Source of the DNA: Chromera velia
Lineage: Eukaryota
DNA: 53,421 bases
Direction of reading: 5' to 3'
Assembly (NCBI GenBank): GCA_018398765.1
Contig: JAHBMJ010000228.1
Coordinates: 1-53,421 of the forward strand
Positions within the stretch are counted from its first letter, which is position 1. Every line of letters starts with the position of its first letter. The notes beneath the pieces are model-generated. The model did not search any database and was not told where the DNA came from. It saw only the letters and a list, made by a program, of their open reading frames with translations. The translations under genes were made by a program, and so were the position numbers. Of the stretch, positions 36,899-49,100 are shown one piece after another.

Positions 36899-39800
36899 AT
36901 GAGAAGCAGTTGGGCGCACTGCGCCCTTCGTTGTGCCCTCATCGTTGTATTCTGCCTCCAAGGTCGGTCGGGTTTGCGCGCAAACTCCCAGTGTTTCTCT
37001 TGATGCATGCTACTTTCTGCTCATTTCCCGCAGCGTAATGGTGGTCAACATTTTTTGCGCATGCATGCTCTTTGAAGGGAGGAAAATCAAACTGTCTTTT
37101 TGAGTCTGCTCAAAGGAATCGGAGTTTCCGTCTGATTCTCGACACCTGAGTACATGTTCTGGTTGCAGTTGCAGGGCATTTTGCTGAAGGCGGCCTCAAC
37201 CGCGGGCCATCAACTGGACAGGAGCAACAAAGACAGGACCCAGGTTCTCTCTTCCCGTCCTTTCTGCGAAGAGACCTGCGTTCAGAAACGTTTCTGAAGG
37301 ATGCCATCAAGGACCAATGCCCAGGCACGGTGCAGAAGATTCATCCGGACTCCATGGCAGAAAGCGCACTCGGGGCTGTGCAGATGTGGACAACCGGTGA
37401 GTTCATGTATACCTGTGGATGTTGGGTGGGCAGATCGAACACTGAAGAATTTAGTGTTGGAAAAAAGAAAAAGAGAGAAAAGGGGGAGTGGGAAGAAAAG
37501 AGGGGTCCAGCTCAAAGACATCCTTATTGAATTGAGGTCTTCAGTGAAAAAGACGCCTGCGTGCTTGCTTGCATGCATGCATGCATGCATGCATGTGCGT
37601 ACAGTATTGCCGTTTGACTACAAGGAGTTGAGTGCGCGTACGTGCATATGCCTGTCGAAAAAAGTGTAAGAGTGTGTGTGTGTGTGTGTGTGTGTGTATG
37701 TTTGTGTGTGTGTGTGTTCCTGTGCCTTATTTTTACTCATTTTCCCTTTCCCTTTCACTTCGATTCCACAGAAGAGGAGACCCTCGACGCACTCGACGAC
37801 TTCCTCGCTGCGTCGGATGCAGACGGACAAGCGCGGGCTGTTCTTTACCACTTTGGGGGGTTTTGGGCTCCTGTGATGATTGGCTTCGTGCTCCTGGCCA
37901 TCATCAGCCCGTGCTTCTGCTGTGTTCTCACAGTCTGCAGGTCTGTCCGTGTAATTAGTAGTCCGTGGGATCACTTACGCATCATAAGATACGCGTACGC
38001 GCCTACGTGTTCTTTTTCTTCAGGAGAAGGTTCTAGTCAAAATGCACTGCTGGCATTTCATGGAAGGTCTAGCTCCAAACTGTGCAAAAAGCAAGGCATG
38101 CAACGTAAAACACAGAGCAAAACCCAAGGGACCTTTGTATGGCTGCATGCCTGAGAGCTCTGCGTGCGCTTCGTGCTGTCTTATTGCAGAGACTTTTTCT
38201 GTGGCTGCTTTCCGTGTGCAAAGCCTGGCAGACGTTGGTCGCCCCTCCAGACTCTTGCCTCTGGTACGGAGGGCATTCCAAAGTGCCGAATGTGGGTGAT
38301 GATGGGAGTACTCGGGTTCGCCTTTCTGGGCATCCTCCTGTCGGCTCTGTTGGGTTTCATTGGCATTGCCCGGGTGCGGCAGGGAGCGTTGGGGACCCAG
38401 TGCGGGTTCCTCTCGTTTGCTGATGAAGCGATTGGGGGGGCGTACTCGAACATGACCTCTGTAGGAGACAGGGAGACGGAGCTCTTCTGGATGGGACTGG
38501 AACCTGCTGGAGGTCAGAAGAAGGAGAAGAATCGGTTTCAGCATTTTGACTCTTCTGCAAAGATTAGGGTGGATTCTCCAGTTTTTGCTGACTTTTCGTT
38601 TTGTCATTCTACCACGTGAAGGGGTGCAACTTCCTTGAAAGGTGGATGACATGAAAGATGATCGATAAGATGAACGATGCGTCTTGTCACGTTCGTGTAG
38701 GGGTTCAGAAAGGTGCGGGATGCGGAATTGCCCGCTGATATGTTTTCCTTAATTAGTATTTGAATATACAATCACACGCGTTCAGCAGGTCGTGCGTGAC
38801 ACACACTGCGTGCAGACGTGTTGGAACAAGTAGACAACGTCCTGTCCCCTGGAACCAAGGACAACAAAGAAACTGACAGGACGCTAAAGAGGACCGAGAA
38901 GTGGGCAGGGAACTACATCGACTTGGTCTATCTGATGGGAAACCTGACAGAGAAACTGATTGCAGGGACCATCGAGTCGACAGCAGACCTGGGGGGCACC
39001 ACTTACTCATCCATTACAGACAGAAAGTCATACCATGCGTCAGTCGTCAAGTAAATACGAATCGCTCGCATGTCAGCATGTCCGTTCCTGTACCAGTTTC
39101 TCTATCTGGGTGCCTATTGAACTGTCTGTCTACCCGAAATTTGCCCTTTATTCGGCTGAGCATTCCGACACTTGTTTCCTCTATGCATTCATCCCCTTGC
39201 CTTCTGAGAATACCTTCAGCATCATAGAGACGTTCACCAGTGCGTACTGCAACAGCATGCACGTACTCTGTACCACGCACCCCTGCGTACTGGTCCTCTT
39301 GGAGATTTCTAGATTGCAAGTGTATCTCTTATCAAAGACAGGATTTTTGGGTCTGTAGAAGGTGCAACAAGGTACATATTCCATGCAAGGAGTCGGAAAG
39401 GCTGTGTCTGCGTCTTCTTTTTCCGCAGATGCGTGTTCTGTCGGCGAAACGCCGTGGGGGCTGCGGAGCTCCTGACGCAACTTCTCAGCGACCCGATGCC
39501 CACCATGTACGCAGTGAGAACGATAGCGAACAACACGCTGGGGTCTTCTGGCAGTGAGCGGGAGAACCTCCAGAGCATTGTGGAAACAAGCAGGGGGCAG
39601 GTGGACAATTTCAGGGGACAGGTCGCTGAGTATGCCTCGGGGGTGCGAGATGCCAGGGGCCAGGTGGAGATTGGAACGACAGTCAGTCAGTCGATTCTGT
39701 GATCCTTCTGAGCCGCAAAGACATGTTCTCTTTTTTCGCAAGGGTTTCTCTCTTGCCAGCACCTGTGCTGCTTTCTTCCTGGTACGCATGCAATGACAGT

Positions 39801-42800
39801 TCTGTTCTTTGATCTCCCTTGCAGGCATACACGTATTCACTTTCTTTTTTTGACTCTTCTTTTTTTTTTCTCCTTTATTTTACTTTCTTTACCATTTACC
39901 AAATACATGCACTGTTCTTTGATCTCCCTTGCAGGCATACACGGCCTTCTATGTGCTTCTTCTCTTCGCCCCAGTTCTACTTGTGGGCCTCGCCTGCCTG
40001 GAGCTTGTAATTCGATTTCGAAATAGGGGAGTCCCGTTAAAGGTAGCAGACAAAGGGTACAGATTCGCCACCCGCACGTGCAGTGCGTGCATGTTGTGGC
40101 TGGGGTTTCTGACGGTGTCGATTCTCCTGTTCGTTTTTGGAGGTCTCTTCGTTCCCTTCTGGATTCTCCTCGGGCAGGGGTGCGAATACGCGGTGAACGT
40201 GGAGGAAAGGGTGAGTGAATGGGTGGGTGGGAGAATTGCTGATAAGGTAGGTTAGTTTATCAGTCCTGGAAGTAAAGTAAAATTGTGCATGTCTGGTCTG
40301 TAGTGGGCAGCCTCAGGAGACAAACCAGTTTTTGCCGGCGTTTACTGACCGATCTAGATCGTGTTGCACTGCAGGAGCAAGTGTTGGATGCGATTCCTCT
40401 GCACCATGCTAATCTGGTGTGCGTCGGTATATGTTCTTTTGGTGCGTCTTATTGAATCTCGATAAGAATGTGCACGATACTCTTCATGCAAAACAGAAAA
40501 GTGGATGCAGGAAAATGTCTGACTAAACAAACGGGCGGTCTTCCTCCTGTATTGTTTGCAGGTAACGACAGGCATTCTGGGAGATGCCCTGCAGATTTGC
40601 CTCTCTGATGAAGGGTCTAGAAACCTGACAAGTCTGTTCGGGGTGGACCTCTCGCAGTTCCAACAGAGCGAGTACCTCGAGAGCGCAATCGACAACCTCA
40701 CCCTGGCATGGGAACAAGACAAGGGATTTGTCAGTCTATGTTGATACATGCACTCCCACATGCTCTACTCTGATCAAAAAGATGCGAAAATTTGATGCCG
40801 AGCATATGATGAAGGGAGGAGAGAGTCCATTTCTGTGTGTCCCTTTCCAGTGTTCTCTGTTCCCCTTTCACTGTCAGTCCCCTCTCGTGGGAATGGTTGA
40901 ATAAGGCATGATCCAGAAATAGTATTCCGCGAGGATCAAAACTTTAGTTTGCTACGCTTCCCTCCATGAATGCCTCCCCTATCCATCCATCAATGCCTTC
41001 AGCTCTCGATGGACAAATACGACAATCTCCACGGAGAGGCAGTAAGGACTGGCCCTCTCTTTCTGGTGGACAGACAGACGCTGCCTTCAGACGTGACAGA
41101 CATCACCGACTATCCATTCAACGCAATTTGGTGGTCAGGCATTCAGGACGAAGACATCGATATAAGTTTTGACCAGGGAATTCTCTCTGAGTACGCCCAA
41201 GTGGGGGGCGGCACTGTACTCGGCCTAGCCACTCTTGAGTCAGGAGCCCTGGACCCCTTCAGATTCCAAGACAGGTACACTGCAACGCAGACCTACCCGA
41301 TTAGCGTCACAGCCCCCTTCTCAGATGGAGAGTGGACCTCCAGCTACCCGGCCACAATCACAGCAGCAGCCACCGCGAAAGGCTACAGCGACAGCCAGAC
41401 AGATCAATTCGCACGGGCTCTGTGGATTGCGCAACGCAAAGCGGTCAGTTGCTGACGCATAAAGAAGAAACGCGGTATGTTCGTGAGAGTGTATTCGCAG
41501 ACTCAACGACGAAGCTTTGAAACTGGCTGCACCCCTTAAATTGTGCAACGGAAGGAACTCAGTGCGTCTGTGTTGAGACGGGAAAGTAGGATGAAAGGGA
41601 AGCGATGAGAAATTAATATACGCTGGGTACAAGAAATTAATATAGTGCCGCTTCCTCAATTCCTTGACGTGCGCACTGGCGTATAATAAACACACACGGA
41701 GCAGAGCATGTCCTTTCTTTATGGTAATGATCCAACGAGAGCACCATGTTTTGTTTGCGTCCTCCTGCAGATGCTGAGAGCCTCACAAGGCGTTCCCCTC
41801 CGCTGTCCATCCCAAGCACCCGAGTGCGCTTTCCAGAACCACACAGGTAACCCCGACAACACGGTCTCGTACTGGTACAACGGGACCTCCTCTTCTTACA
41901 TTACATCACACATGCTCTACATCAGGAACACGGTCAGTCCGGCCGTCATTCGGCTGTATTCACAGGCCGACAGGCAGGCAGGCAAGTAGAAAGGCAGGAA
42001 TGAACGCAAGCAGCTAAGGAGTGAATGATGGATTGATGGAGAGTGAGGTGCGCTCGCAGAGTTCAGATGGATGGAACAGCCTGCCTTCATGTCCAAAGAT
42101 GGAAGTAAAGAACGAAACAAGGCAATAAATTGTGCTCCACGACATCCCCCCCCCATCGCAATTAAAATCCGTCCGCCTGCAGGCCTGGAACGTGAGTGAC
42201 ACAGAGAAGGACGCCCTGAAGCACATAACTTTCCGGTTGGGGAAGACATTGACGGGTGAGTGAGTGCATTGGGTGAGGAGGGACAATCGGCATCAGAATT
42301 AACGCATCAGAAGCTTGAGCCTGCTTCCAGCAAGGGGCCGGCTTGGACCGGACCGGCAGCATAGTGTCGTGTCTGTCCGGCCACTTGTTCTGCCTGAATG
42401 AATAGTCCATGAACTCACTCGGGCCTACTCTGTATGAGATTTGCGTGTCTGTTTGTCCTCCATCCTTGTCCCTCAGTCACTCAGGAAAGAAAGATCCTTC
42501 CTTCATTGCACTTCCTTCCACACAGTCCTTTGGGGAGAATTCGGAATAGGCTCACTTGATTATTTTGGATTGTATGTATTTGAATGTGCGTGCAGAAACA
42601 ACGGATAGGGTGACGACGGTTGCAGAGGGTCTGAGCAGCTGCGGTAGGTAGTCAACAGTCCGTTCCTTCCGAGCTAGGTTCTCTCCGATCCGATCGCTCT
42701 CTCCTGCATGCACACTGTAGGTAGATCAGCACATGCAGTGCGCCCACTCAAATTTCCGCTCCTTTGGGGTGTGAGTTTGCTGTTCTCTTTGCCTCTTTTT

Positions 42801-43828
42801 GATCAATTAACACTGAATGTTGTCTGCCTTTCCACGGCTGCAGAATTCGTGGCCGACGCGAATCGTTACCTGTTCAACTCCTTCTGTGGAGAGTTCTTTT
42901 CGGGAGGGGTGAGTCAGTCAGTCAATCAGTCAGCTTATTCGTTGACCATCTAATTTCATGATTGGCATAAAAATAACATTTCGCTTTGTCCAACCTTTTG
43001 TCTGTCGGTAAACATGTGAATGAGGTCTTGTCCCGTACAGAGAAGAATGAGGAGCGGGAGGAAGAGAAAATTGACAAAGGTGGGTAAAAGAAATAAGGCA
43101 CACAGCGAGTTTCGGCTTGCGCAGTAGGGAAGAGAAGAAAATTCGCCTGTGTTGTCAGGATACGTCTCGCGTCGCTTCGCTTTGCCTCCGTTGTGCATTC
43201 TCTTTGTGTACCCTCTTTCCTGCGTGCAGTTGGTCGTGAGTGTCACGGCAATTGTGACCGCCTTCCTCTGCATCGCCTGTTTTGGTGTCTTCTATGCAAT
43301 ATACAGGTCAGAGGTTGAAAGAAGCCAAGAGCTATTGGAGTTTCATCGTACTTCGTGGGCTCTTTCGGCATGAAAATCTTCGAAGTGTCATTTCCCATTT
43401 TAGAAACTTGCTCGGGGTTCTCAGCACCGGAAAGCGCATAAACTCACGTGAAAAATTGTTCGAACAAAGATGAGCACAGCAATGTAAGGAAGAAAGAGAG
43501 CGCGTCCCTTGGACGGCTGCTTCAAATATCGTGCTGTACAGAAGAAGCGACACGGACTTATTATTTCACATGCTGGAAATGTCTTTGCGTACCGATTTGT
43601 TGGTCTCGATGCGGTAGACCGGTATGGGACAAAACAGGACTGTTGGTGACGTACTTCTTGACCTTTTTTCTCGTCCCGTTCCTTCTTGTTTGACTGCATA
43701 CCTTCAGGTTTCTCCGGGATTCAAGAGAGTTGGAGTGGGTGAAGGTCAACGGACCCCGGAAGCCGTGGGTCCTCCCAATGCGAAATTGGAAAAACCCATT
43801 CGACTTTGCTCGGATATACATCGGCTGA
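36899..43828 (+). CDS. Multi-exon five-TM membrane protein, prominin/tweety-like topology
   Basis: Signal-peptide exon 36899-36962 (MRSSWAHCALRCALIVVFCLQ); TM1 plus Cys cluster (VMIGFVLLAIISPCFCCVLTVCRDFFCGCFPC); TM2 (VMMGVLGFAFLGILLSALLGFIGI); long loop; TM3/TM4 near 39935-40170; long loop; TM5 near 43230-43305; last exon ends ..ARIYIG* at TGA 43826-28. Family call rests on topology only. Confidence 0.75.
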
Positions 43829-43834
43829 GAAAGT

Positions 43835-44860
43835 TATAAAGTAATATAAGCCTTAATTGCAAGACAATGCAAGTCGGAGATGTAAATTATTATGAGTCCG
43901 TTAAACTGTTTTTAAGAATATATATATACTATACATCCATACGTGTGTACGTTATAATCCCGCCTAGAAAAAAAATGTAAGAAATGCCAAGCTGAATGGG
44001 GGGCCGGAAGGCGCAAAATCCTAGAAAATGTGAGGTGTAGTGAGGTGTTCCATGGATGGTGCCGCGTGCGTTACATATATAGCCCGTGCCGCGGCCGCCC
44101 GTTTATGTATACGCTAGCGTATACATCATGCGGGTTGCAGGTGCCGCATAGTAAGTGAGTTCTTGCGATAACGCACGCACTCACACATGTATTCACTTGA
44201 CTCCGCGTGCAATATAATTTATAAAGTGATTCGAGGCCGATCATTTGAATTAACCTCTATAAATCTGTGTAAATCATCCGAGTCATGTCCATGATTAGCA
44301 AACAAATAAAACAATTTAAAAATCGAGCTAAGAAATTAAGTTTGCATAAGCTTAGCTTAGCCAAACCATTCATAAATTTATTCATGGCCTACTTCATACT
44401 AGTAGCACTCATTGAAAGATTTTCTATATACGAGTTCCTATAAAACTCTATTAAAAAAATATATAAAAAAATGATAATGATATTGAAGCAGCGGGAAGAT
44501 GTGATACAGCAAGATAATGCTAGTGTACTAGTGTTTCCGGTCAGTGTCAGACCGCGCGTTTTTACGTCTTTCTTAGCTTTTCTAGACCAATTAATTAATT
44601 TAGAAACAGACTTTTCAGGGCATTTTTTTTACATAAGTGCCCCCTGCTTCACTGTCCGAGACCATCTTCAACTTCTTCTTTAAAAATTCCGCTTTTCTAT
44701 ACCAACAGACTTTACGGTGTCTATAAGACCTTAAATATTATTTAAAAAGTCATTTCATCCAACTTATAACACAAAGATTTTCATTAGTTTTAGTTTTATT
44801 TTACCGGGGGGATTTACCCTAACTTTCACAGAAAGACTAAGACGATAAATCGAACAAAAT
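43835..44860. other. AT-rich intergenic island 5 with a GC-richer core near 44000-44240
   Basis: Begins right after the stop at 43828; rich in CTAG/TTAA. Confidence 0.85.
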
Positions 44861-45589
44861 ACTCTTTCTGCATCCTTCTGCTGCTTTCTGACTCTGTGAC
44901 TCTGCGAAGCCTTGGTTGCATGACCGCTATAGGTTGGCTCTGTGTGGATTTCGATCAAATATTCTTGAATCGTACGCAGTTCTCCTTTGATACAAAATAG
45001 CTCTGCGACCTTTTCTCCGCGTTTCTTGCATGCCCTCATCCCATGCAGCCGACCAACGTGCTGCTTCGAACCACCACAAAGGTCAAGAAGCGGCCAACAA
45101 GTGTGGGTTCACAACAGAGAGTTTGCGCGGGTAAATAACAAAACACACGCAGACGTTGACACGATGCAGGAACGAAGGGGGCATAGCGCACCCACCGCAT
45201 GCAGCAAAAAGGTGATGACCATCTGATATGCATCCACGTACTGCACGTGAAACGACACGAACAACGAGAGGACGGGCAAAGAACTGAAGGAAAAAAGAAT
45301 GCCGCGGCCCTCTTTTGTCTGTCGGAATGTCCACTTCATTCTGTAAGACATCAACATACATGTGGCTGCACGCTCTGAGGTGAGCCTGCAAGCAAAAAAA
45401 ATACGTTACCGAATTCAAAATTATAATGCACCCCCCTCATGTTCTTCTCCCCTGTCCCGTGCGATTCTTCTTCCCCCCCTCACTTTTACCATGAATGCCC
45501 TTCGCAGACAGATGACGTCAGGCCACCTGTCCGTGAGTGTGTCACACAAAGTCCGACTGATTTGCCCTCCGAGGACCCCCCCCCCCCCC

Positions 45590-45631
45590 NNNNNNNNNNN
45601 NNNNNNNNNNNNNNNNNNNNNNNNNNNNNNN
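45590..45631. other. Assembly gap (N run) after poly-C
   Basis: Ns. Confidence 0.99.
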
Positions 45632-46192
45632 TTTGCGTTACTTCTCTCAGCTGCTGACGGAAGGAAGCCACTCACTCCACGTTCACAACAGAGACAGTCA
45701 ATGTATTCCTCCCCCCTCACCCCAAACCAATTCAGGAGATGAGAGTGGAAAAAGACAGTCCATGTCTGCAGCATGCTCTCTCTTGCAGCCTCTCCCTCCA
45801 GAAAAAACCAAAGGAAGTCTGGAAGGTGGAAAATTGAGAGAGGCTCCACGAAGAGCAGTCAGCCAACTTAAATCAATTCAGTCAAAATTCACCCCTACGA
45901 CCACAAACACGCATGCATGCTTATCGCCCCGTCGGGCCCCCATTAAATCAAAACTCACATACATGCACCCTTAAACCAAATCTGCCCCTCCCTGTACGGG
46001 AAGAGCAAAAAAAACCATCCACTCTTTCATCCATCCACCCACCGCCAAACAAATCGATCCCCTAGATCCACCTCTGCACTGCAATCGTCATGAACGCGAC
46101 AAAAAAGACGAGAGAGCAACCCAAGGGGAACCACGACAGGCTCAAAAAAACCCACCCACTCACCCTCATGCTCTATGCATATGTTTTCGCTT

Positions 46193-49100
46193 TTACGACG
46201 GGGCCAGTCCCTCCATGCGCATATTTGCCTGGTCGGGATGCAACAGCATATCGTCTAGTGCCTTTCCTGGCTGCACCATGGGAAGGCAGATGTCGGGTTC
46301 CACGCGGAAGTCGCAGAACGCCGGGCCGGGGTGAGAGAGAAACTTCTCGCAGACTTCGTGGAGGTTCTCTGCATTTCAGCAAGCAAATTCGTCAGCAGAC
46401 AAAATCGTGAGCTCGAAAATGAACACAATCACCGAGCAGGAAATTTTGATTTGTCGCAATGAGAATACGGCACGAACGAACCTGGTTGGAGGACCGACCA
46501 GCCAACCAACCAGGCAGCCCATTAGCCATGCAGGCAGATTGAGTCCACGGGAAAGAATGATCGAAGTCAGAGCCACACTTTGGCTGAAGAGGGCCTTTGC
46601 CAGGAACGGAGCGAAGACTATTAGCGAAGAAAACAAAGATACACGGGAGGGCACAAGGAGAGGGGCTGTATGAAAAGGAGAGGAGCGAACCTAGATTTCC
46701 GGGATGCAAAGAGAAAAGAACAATAATTCATACCAACTAGCACCACATGAGAATCCCTGCTTCTCTGCACCCTTCTTTGTTCTCCTCTCTCTTCCCGCAG
46801 CACCCAGAATTGTTGTCGAAGGTTTCCGTTCTGCAGAAAATGCGTCTTCTCATCCCAACATTTCATGATGTGTTTCCCTTGCCTGCTTACCTCTGCTGTC
46901 GCATTTGAACGGCTCGATTCCGTACGCCTTCACCAACGTCTCGTAGTCTGGGTTTGGGCTGAACGTCGAGATGTAGTGGTCTTCAAAAAAGAGCTTCTGC
47001 CAGATCCAGACCTACAACGAAACAAAGGCAATTCAGATGAAGCACAGCACATACATGAAACGAACCTTTGCGGAGGATGGACAACCAAAACAAGGCATCT
47101 TCTCCAAATGGCAGAAGGTGCGGGTACGAAAACACTCACGGATGCCTGACAAAAAAAGAAGAAAGCTAACCCAAAAGCCCCAGGATAGTTCTCGCCGAAA
47201 ACAAAGCAGGAGAGAGCAAAAAGGCTTGACGATTCCGCTATGTGCTTTCACTCCCGTTTGTCCTTTTCCTTTCCCCCCTCTTCTGGTCTCTTCTCTTCCC
47301 CCCCTTAACACTCCTTCTCGTGTCCCTCCACCCCCTTCGCATGCAGACTGCATGGGAGACTGACTGACCATCTGACACCGCCCATCATTCATCACGGCGA
47401 TCTTCACAGGCAGCTTCAGATTCATGATGGTCTTCAGCTCCTGCAGAAGATTAGTTCATGCATGCAGGCGGCAGAGAAAAGAAAAGAGAGACATGAAGAG
47501 GAGACAAAAGATTGAAAAGGTGAGCGCCACATGGGATTGGCCAAAGGAACGTCACCCAGCACGCACAAGACCGAAAGACGTCCGGTCCGCCCCGAGAGGA
47601 GGGGGAGGGGAGGCGGGCCTCAGCTCACACAGAGGCACGCATGGGCAGTCTCCCGTCCGTCTTCGTATCGCTACACCCTGGCGCTCCTGGCTTTGCTTCG
47701 ACTCTAGAGACTCGACTCAACTCCAATTTTTCTATGCTTGGAACAGAAAGTGTTTCTAGTGGTCCACTTCTTTTCCACATTTCACACTGAGACGTCAGCC
47801 ACGGTTTAAGCTGCCTCTGCCCTTTGTGATCAAAGTATGCCGAGGGTCCAATCGAACGACAGACAAGAGAGAGAGAGAGAGAGAGAGAATGCGTGAGAGA
47901 GAGGGAGGGATGGAGGGAAAAAGAAAGAGATGCAGAAGAGCTATCTTTTCTGTTCATCACGCACACGCGGACGCAAAGAAAGTCAGACAGACCTGCAGAG
48001 TCATGTTGAACGACGAGTCTCCATCGACGAGAAGAACCAGAGATTTGGGGCAGGCAACCTGCACGAACGTTCACTCAACAGAACGCATTTCTGCCTGCAT
48101 GTTGTTTTTGTGTCTCTCTCCCGAGGACGCTAGCCACCCACAGAAAGAAAAAAGGAAGGAAGGAAAAGACGCGAAGATCGACGGGCAAGAAAGAACAATC
48201 AATACCCATCGATCGAACACCGGAGGGCAAGACGGGAACGGAGGGCGGCCGCCTTGCATCTCCACAAACCCCCTCCTTCCCCCTGTGCGCACCCACCTGT
48301 GCCCCCAAAGCATAGGGCAGCCCTACTCCCATCACACCCAGAGACCCGCTGGTGAGCATCTGCCGGGGCCGCGTCCACCGAAAGAACTGCGAGGACATCA
48401 TCTGGTGGTTGCCGACCCCTGTGGTCACAATGGCGTCTTTCTGAACCTCAGCTGGCTGTTTTCGAAACGCCCTGAGAGAGATGAGGGGGCGTGGAGAGAA
48501 GTGTGTAAAAAACTGTGGGAAAAGGGAAGGAGAGTGGCTGGAAGAACCAGATTGCCTGTTTCTATTTTCATCTGGGAACTGGAAGGAGTTCATCAGAGGG
48601 CAAAAGTTGGTAAAGCACAAGAGTCGACAAGAAACCGCGAGTATTCCTGCTCTCATCCTCTTTCTTTCCTGCCCTTCCAGCTTCTGCACGCATAAAGTAA
48701 GACCAGACGGGGGAAGAGAAAGACTATAAGGCCGAATTAAGGGTACATGTACAGACAGAGGAAGGGGACTCACCGATAGAGAGCATCAATTGCGTCTTGA
48801 GTTTTCAGAAGCCCCCCAGGAGCAGGTCTCCATCGGAAGGGAACCTCCGCCTTCCACTTCACGCACTCACGCACCCAGTCTTCCCTCTCTTTGTCATAAG
48901 AAGAAGGAGAAGAAGATGCCAAAGAATTCGACCCTGTCTTTCCTCCTTCCCTCAACCCCTCCAAGAACTCCCTAGACCCCCCCACACCATTAGGACCCCT
49001 TCCTAACCCATCAGACTCCCACCATTCCCCTGCCCTGATGAACTCTTCTTTCTCTCCCACCCCCTCCCTGGCATCGTTAGTCTTCTCTTCAAGAAAATCC

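Noticed and set aside
44860..46190. Possible minus-strand exons downstream of ALS
   Set aside because: No consistent spliced ORF or recognisable motif; contains an N-gap; may be UTR
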